Notes under the pieces: generated by a model | Told to the model about the DNA's origin: nothing | What the model saw: the letters and a program-made list of their open reading frames with translations, nothing else | The model's database searches: none | Assembly: GCF_036321535.1 (NCBI RefSeq) | Contig: NC_087436.1 | Location: 112,284,001 to 112,348,000, forward strand | Direction: 5' to 3' | DNA: 64,000 bases | From: Camelus dromedarius | Taxonomy: Eukaryota | Position numbers and translations under genes: made by a program | Part shown: positions 60,831 to 64,000 of the stretch, piece after piece | Position numbering within the stretch: position 1 is the first letter of the stretch | Layout of the letters: each line of letters begins with the position of its first letter

Positions 60831-61399
60831 GTCATGCTCAAGTTTTCAGATTTTATCCTGGGGACAAAAATGTTTTGAATGGAGGGTAGAAGGGGGGTGG
60901 TCAATTTTGTGTTATAGAAATATCACCCTAGAAGCTTTGTGAAGAATAGAATAAATAAGTGAGATGAAAGAGGAGCCCAAGAGGTCGGCTGTTAAAAAAG
61001 TCAAAGTTAATGGTGATAAAAGTCTGAAAGAGGAGAGAGAAAGAGAAATGGTAAGAAGTTAAGACGGAAGTTAAATGTTAAAGAGATAGAATTGACAGGA
61101 CTGGATCACCAATTCGATGCGAGGGATGAGGGAAGGAGAAGAGCAGGATTGCGCTTAGATTTGAAGCATGAACAGATAGAGAACCATGGTACCAGTCCCG
61201 GAGGCATCACAGGAGAAAGGCAGATTAGAGAAGAGGAGGAGAAAATGATTCGTTTATTTCCAGACAAATTGAACTTACATTGTAACCAGAGTTAATTAAG
61301 CCTATTGTATCTGAAACTCGCCTCAATCATGGAAATAATCATGCTTGTTTACTTGTCTGAATCCACAACCAAGCCATGAGTTCCTTGAGGACAGAAAAC

Positions 61400-61615
61400 A
61401 AAAATTATGATACGAGCAAACATTTATGTGTTATTTAATATACGTCAGAAACTATTATAAGCCCTTGTTAAAATAAGGAAACTGAGGAGTGAAAGGATAT
61501 ATAATTATCCCCAAATCAGAGTGCTCATAAATAGTGTTTCTGCCAAGGTACTGGATTCAAGCCCAGACAGTTAAGCTCTGGACTCCGTGAATTTAACCAC
61601 AAGACTCTACTCCTC
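61400..61615 (-). mobile_element. MIR
   Basis: aataaggaaactgagg...ctggattcaagcccagacag. Confidence 0.8.
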
Positions 61616-62084
61616 TCAGAGAGTTTCTATTTTGATAACTCTTACCAGAGTGCCCAAAAAAATGAATGAGTAAATAGATATGCAACTGTGTCCCATGAAA
61701 TTTCAGAGATACTTTCCTAATTTAAAAATATTCATAAAAATCTATTTGTTAAAAGATATTCAAAGAAGCCTATAGCAAATATGGGGTAGACAGAACAGTG
61801 GCCCTTACAAAGATGTACATGCCTCAATCCCCAGAAACTTAATTCTTGGAATGTGTTATAGTACATGATAAGGGGAAATTAAGATTGCTAATCAGTTGTC
61901 CTTAAAGAGATTATCCTAGTTTATATCATAAGGGTCCTTAAATCTAGAAGAGGGAGGCAAGAGTCACAGTGATGTAATATGAGAAAGACTTGGCCATTGT
62001 GGGCTTTGAAGATGGAGGAAAGAAGCCAAGAAACAAACAATGTGAGAACCACTAGAAAATGGAAAAGGCAAGAAAATGGATTCT

Positions 62085-63134
62085 TACGGAATGGGAAAAA
62101 ATTTTTGCAAACGAAACCGACAAAGCCTTGATCTCCAGAATATGTAAGCAGCACATATGACTCAATAAGAAAAAAATAAACAACCCAATCCAAAAATGGG
62201 CAGAAGACCTAAACAAGCAATTCTCCAAGGAAGATATACAAATGATGAATAGGCACATGAAAAAATGTTCAATATCACTAATTATCAGAGAAATGCAAAT
62301 CAGAACCACAATGAGGTATCACCTCACACCAGTCAGAATGGCCATCATTCAAAAGTCCACAAATGACAAACGCTGGAGAGGCTGTGGAGAAAAGGGAACC
62401 CTCCTACACTGCTGGTGGGAATGCAGTTTGGTATGGTGCAGCCACTGTGGAGAACAATATGGAGATTCCTCAAAAGACTAGGAATAGACTTACTTTATGA
62501 CCCAGGAATCCCGCCCCTGGGCATATATCCAGAAGGAATCCTACTTCAGGATGACACCTGCACCCCCATGTTCATAGCAGCATTATTTACAATAGCCAAG
62601 GCATGGAAATAGCCTAAATGTCCATCAACAGATGACTGGATAAAAAAGAAGTGGTATATTTATACAATGGAATATTACTCAGCCATAAAAACTGACAACA
62701 TAATGCCATTTGCAGCAACATGGATGCTCCTGGAGAATGTCATTCTAAGCGAAGTAAGCCAGAAAGAGAAAGAAAAATACCATATGAGATCGCTCATATG
62801 TGGAATCTAAAAAATAAAAACAAAAACAAAAACAAAGCATAAATACAAAACAGAAATAGACTCACAGACATAGAATATAAATTTGTGGTTGCCAAGGGGG
62901 TGGCGGGTGGGAAGAGATAGACTGGGATTTAAAAATTGTAGAATAGATAAACAAGATTATACTGTATAGCACAGGGAAATATATACAAGATCTTATGGTA
63001 GCTCACAGAGAAAAAAATGTGACGATGAATATATATATGTTCATGTATAACTGAAAAATTGTGCTCTACACTGGAATTTGACACAACATTGTAAAATGAT
63101 TACAAATCAATAAAAAATGTTAAAAAAGAAAGAA

Positions 63135-63165
<31 letters not shown>

Positions 63166-63210
63166 AAGAGAGAAAGAGAGAAAGAGAGAAAGAGAGAAAG
63201 AGAGAAAGAG

Positions 63211-63288
<78 letters not shown>

Positions 63289-63345
63289 GAAAGAAAGAAA
63301 GGAAGGAAGGAAGGAAGGAAGGAAGGAAGGAGAAAGGAAGAAAGG
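62085..63345 (+). mobile_element. Young 5'-truncated camelid L1 (ORF2 C-terminus, 3'UTR, tail)
   Basis: ORF2 peptide [31 protein letters not shown]...[15 protein letters not shown]. Perfect 15-bp TSD aagaaaatggattct at 62070-62084 and 63346-63360. Confidence 0.95.
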
Positions 63346-63352
63346 AAGAAAA
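63122..63352 (+). repeat. Compound polypurine microsatellite (GA-rich, (GAAA)n, (GGAA)n) derived from the L1 tail
   Basis: About 230 nt containing only A and G. Confidence 0.95.
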
Positions 63353-63533
63353 TGGATTCTCCCTCCAAGTACTCAGAAGGAACAGAGCCCTGCCAATGCT
63401 GTGATGGTAGCTCAAGGAGATCCATTTCAAACTTGGAATCTCCGTAACTATAAAATAATAGATCTATGTTGTGTTAAGCCACTGAATTTGTTGCAGATTG
63501 TTGCTGTTACAGCAGCAATAGGAAACTAACTTA

Positions 63534-63746
63534 CATTTTGGTATCTGGAAGTATGGTGCTATTGAAACAAAATTTGAAAGTGTGAGAGTGGCTTTAGAAT
63601 TGGGTGAGAAAAGGCTGGAAACTTTTTGATGAGCATGATAGGAAAAGCCTGGGTTGCCTTGAAAATAGAAATATTGATGTTAATGACTCTGCTAGTGAGG
63701 ACTCAGGAGGCAGTAAGGATCATGGTAAAGAAAATGTACAAAATCA
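63534..63746 (+). mobile_element. MLT1 internal (MaLR-int) 5' segment
   Basis: ttttggtatctggaagt...gtggctttagaattgggt...aggctggaaac directly after the MLT1D LTR. Confidence 0.8.
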
Positions 63747-64000
63747 TGTAATAGAAAAGAACAAATCTGTTCTTTTAGATCTGTTAGATCTGTTCTTTTG
63801 GATTTTACCCTGTGCTCTATTTCCTGGGCTTATTCATGCTGGTTCTGCACCTTTTGTAAAAGAATGTTGCCTAGAACCTGAAATATACAGGATAGCGCAT
63901 TCTCCAGGCTCTGACCTTTAGGGGTGTAACACTTCCCATTCGTATAGACATAAAAAGTTGCAGAACAGAGAATATTTGTTGGAGGTCTACAGGGACGTCA
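63747..64000 (+). mobile_element. ERV1-type LTR, truncated by the window edge
   Basis: Starts TGTAATAG, interrupts MLT1-int, LTR-like text (gaatgttgcctagaacctgaaatatacaggatag). Confidence 0.6.

Larger units (their letters stand above)
58250..61280 (-). mobile_element. Long fragmented L2 with nested MIR (about 58505-58720) and LTRs
   Basis: L2 reverse-strand text at about 58250-58500, 59150-59390, 59710-59990 and 60840-61280. Confidence 0.65.
61780..63533 (+). mobile_element. MLT1D-like LTR split by a young L1
   Basis: aattaagattgctaatcag...gctttgaagatggagga before the L1, and gttaagccactgaatttg...tacagcagcaataggaaactaa after it. Confidence 0.9.

Noticed and set aside
62242..62612. ORFs with clear protein-like sequence
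   Set aside because: L1 ORF2 C-terminal fragments from a truncated, frameshifted copy, not a host gene.
63107..63430. K/E/R-rich and F/L/S-rich ORFs
   Set aside because: Translations of the polypurine microsatellite.
1..64000. CRISPR-like arrays, operons or other prokaryote-type or horizontally acquired systems
   Set aside because: No regularly spaced repeat-spacer structure, no long intact ORFs and no clearly non-mammalian segment were seen.

Overview
Mammalian genomic DNA, almost certainly camelid (camel, alpaca or llama). The evidence is a vic-1-type tRNA-derived SINE at 9820-9967 and several artiodactyl-type L1 3' ends, with no Alu, B1 or Bov-tA seen. The window is mostly ancient interspersed repeats: MIR, L2, CR1/L3, old L1M, MaLR/ERV-L/ERV1 LTRs and hAT MER/Charlie elements. 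I found no recognisable host protein-coding gene and no rRNA, tRNA or CRISPR array. The ORF track is noise except for L1 ORF2 fragments. The best non-repeat signal is a repeat-poor, promoter-like stretch at about 12.6-14.7 kb plus four minus-strand segments with canonical splice sites (14380-14652, 13781-13862, 10114-10201, 1159-1305). These could be the 5' part of a gene or lncRNA running off the left edge. Other notable structures are a decayed two-LTR ERV-L provirus with RT/IN remnants, a Charlie transposase fossil, a young L1 with a perfect 15-bp TSD, an unexplained AT-rich block that may be a captured gene fragment, and several small templated-repair scars. I cannot support a claim of a new biological system. 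Repeat subfamily names come from recalled consensus similarity, not a search, and most repeat boundaries are approximate (tens of bp).
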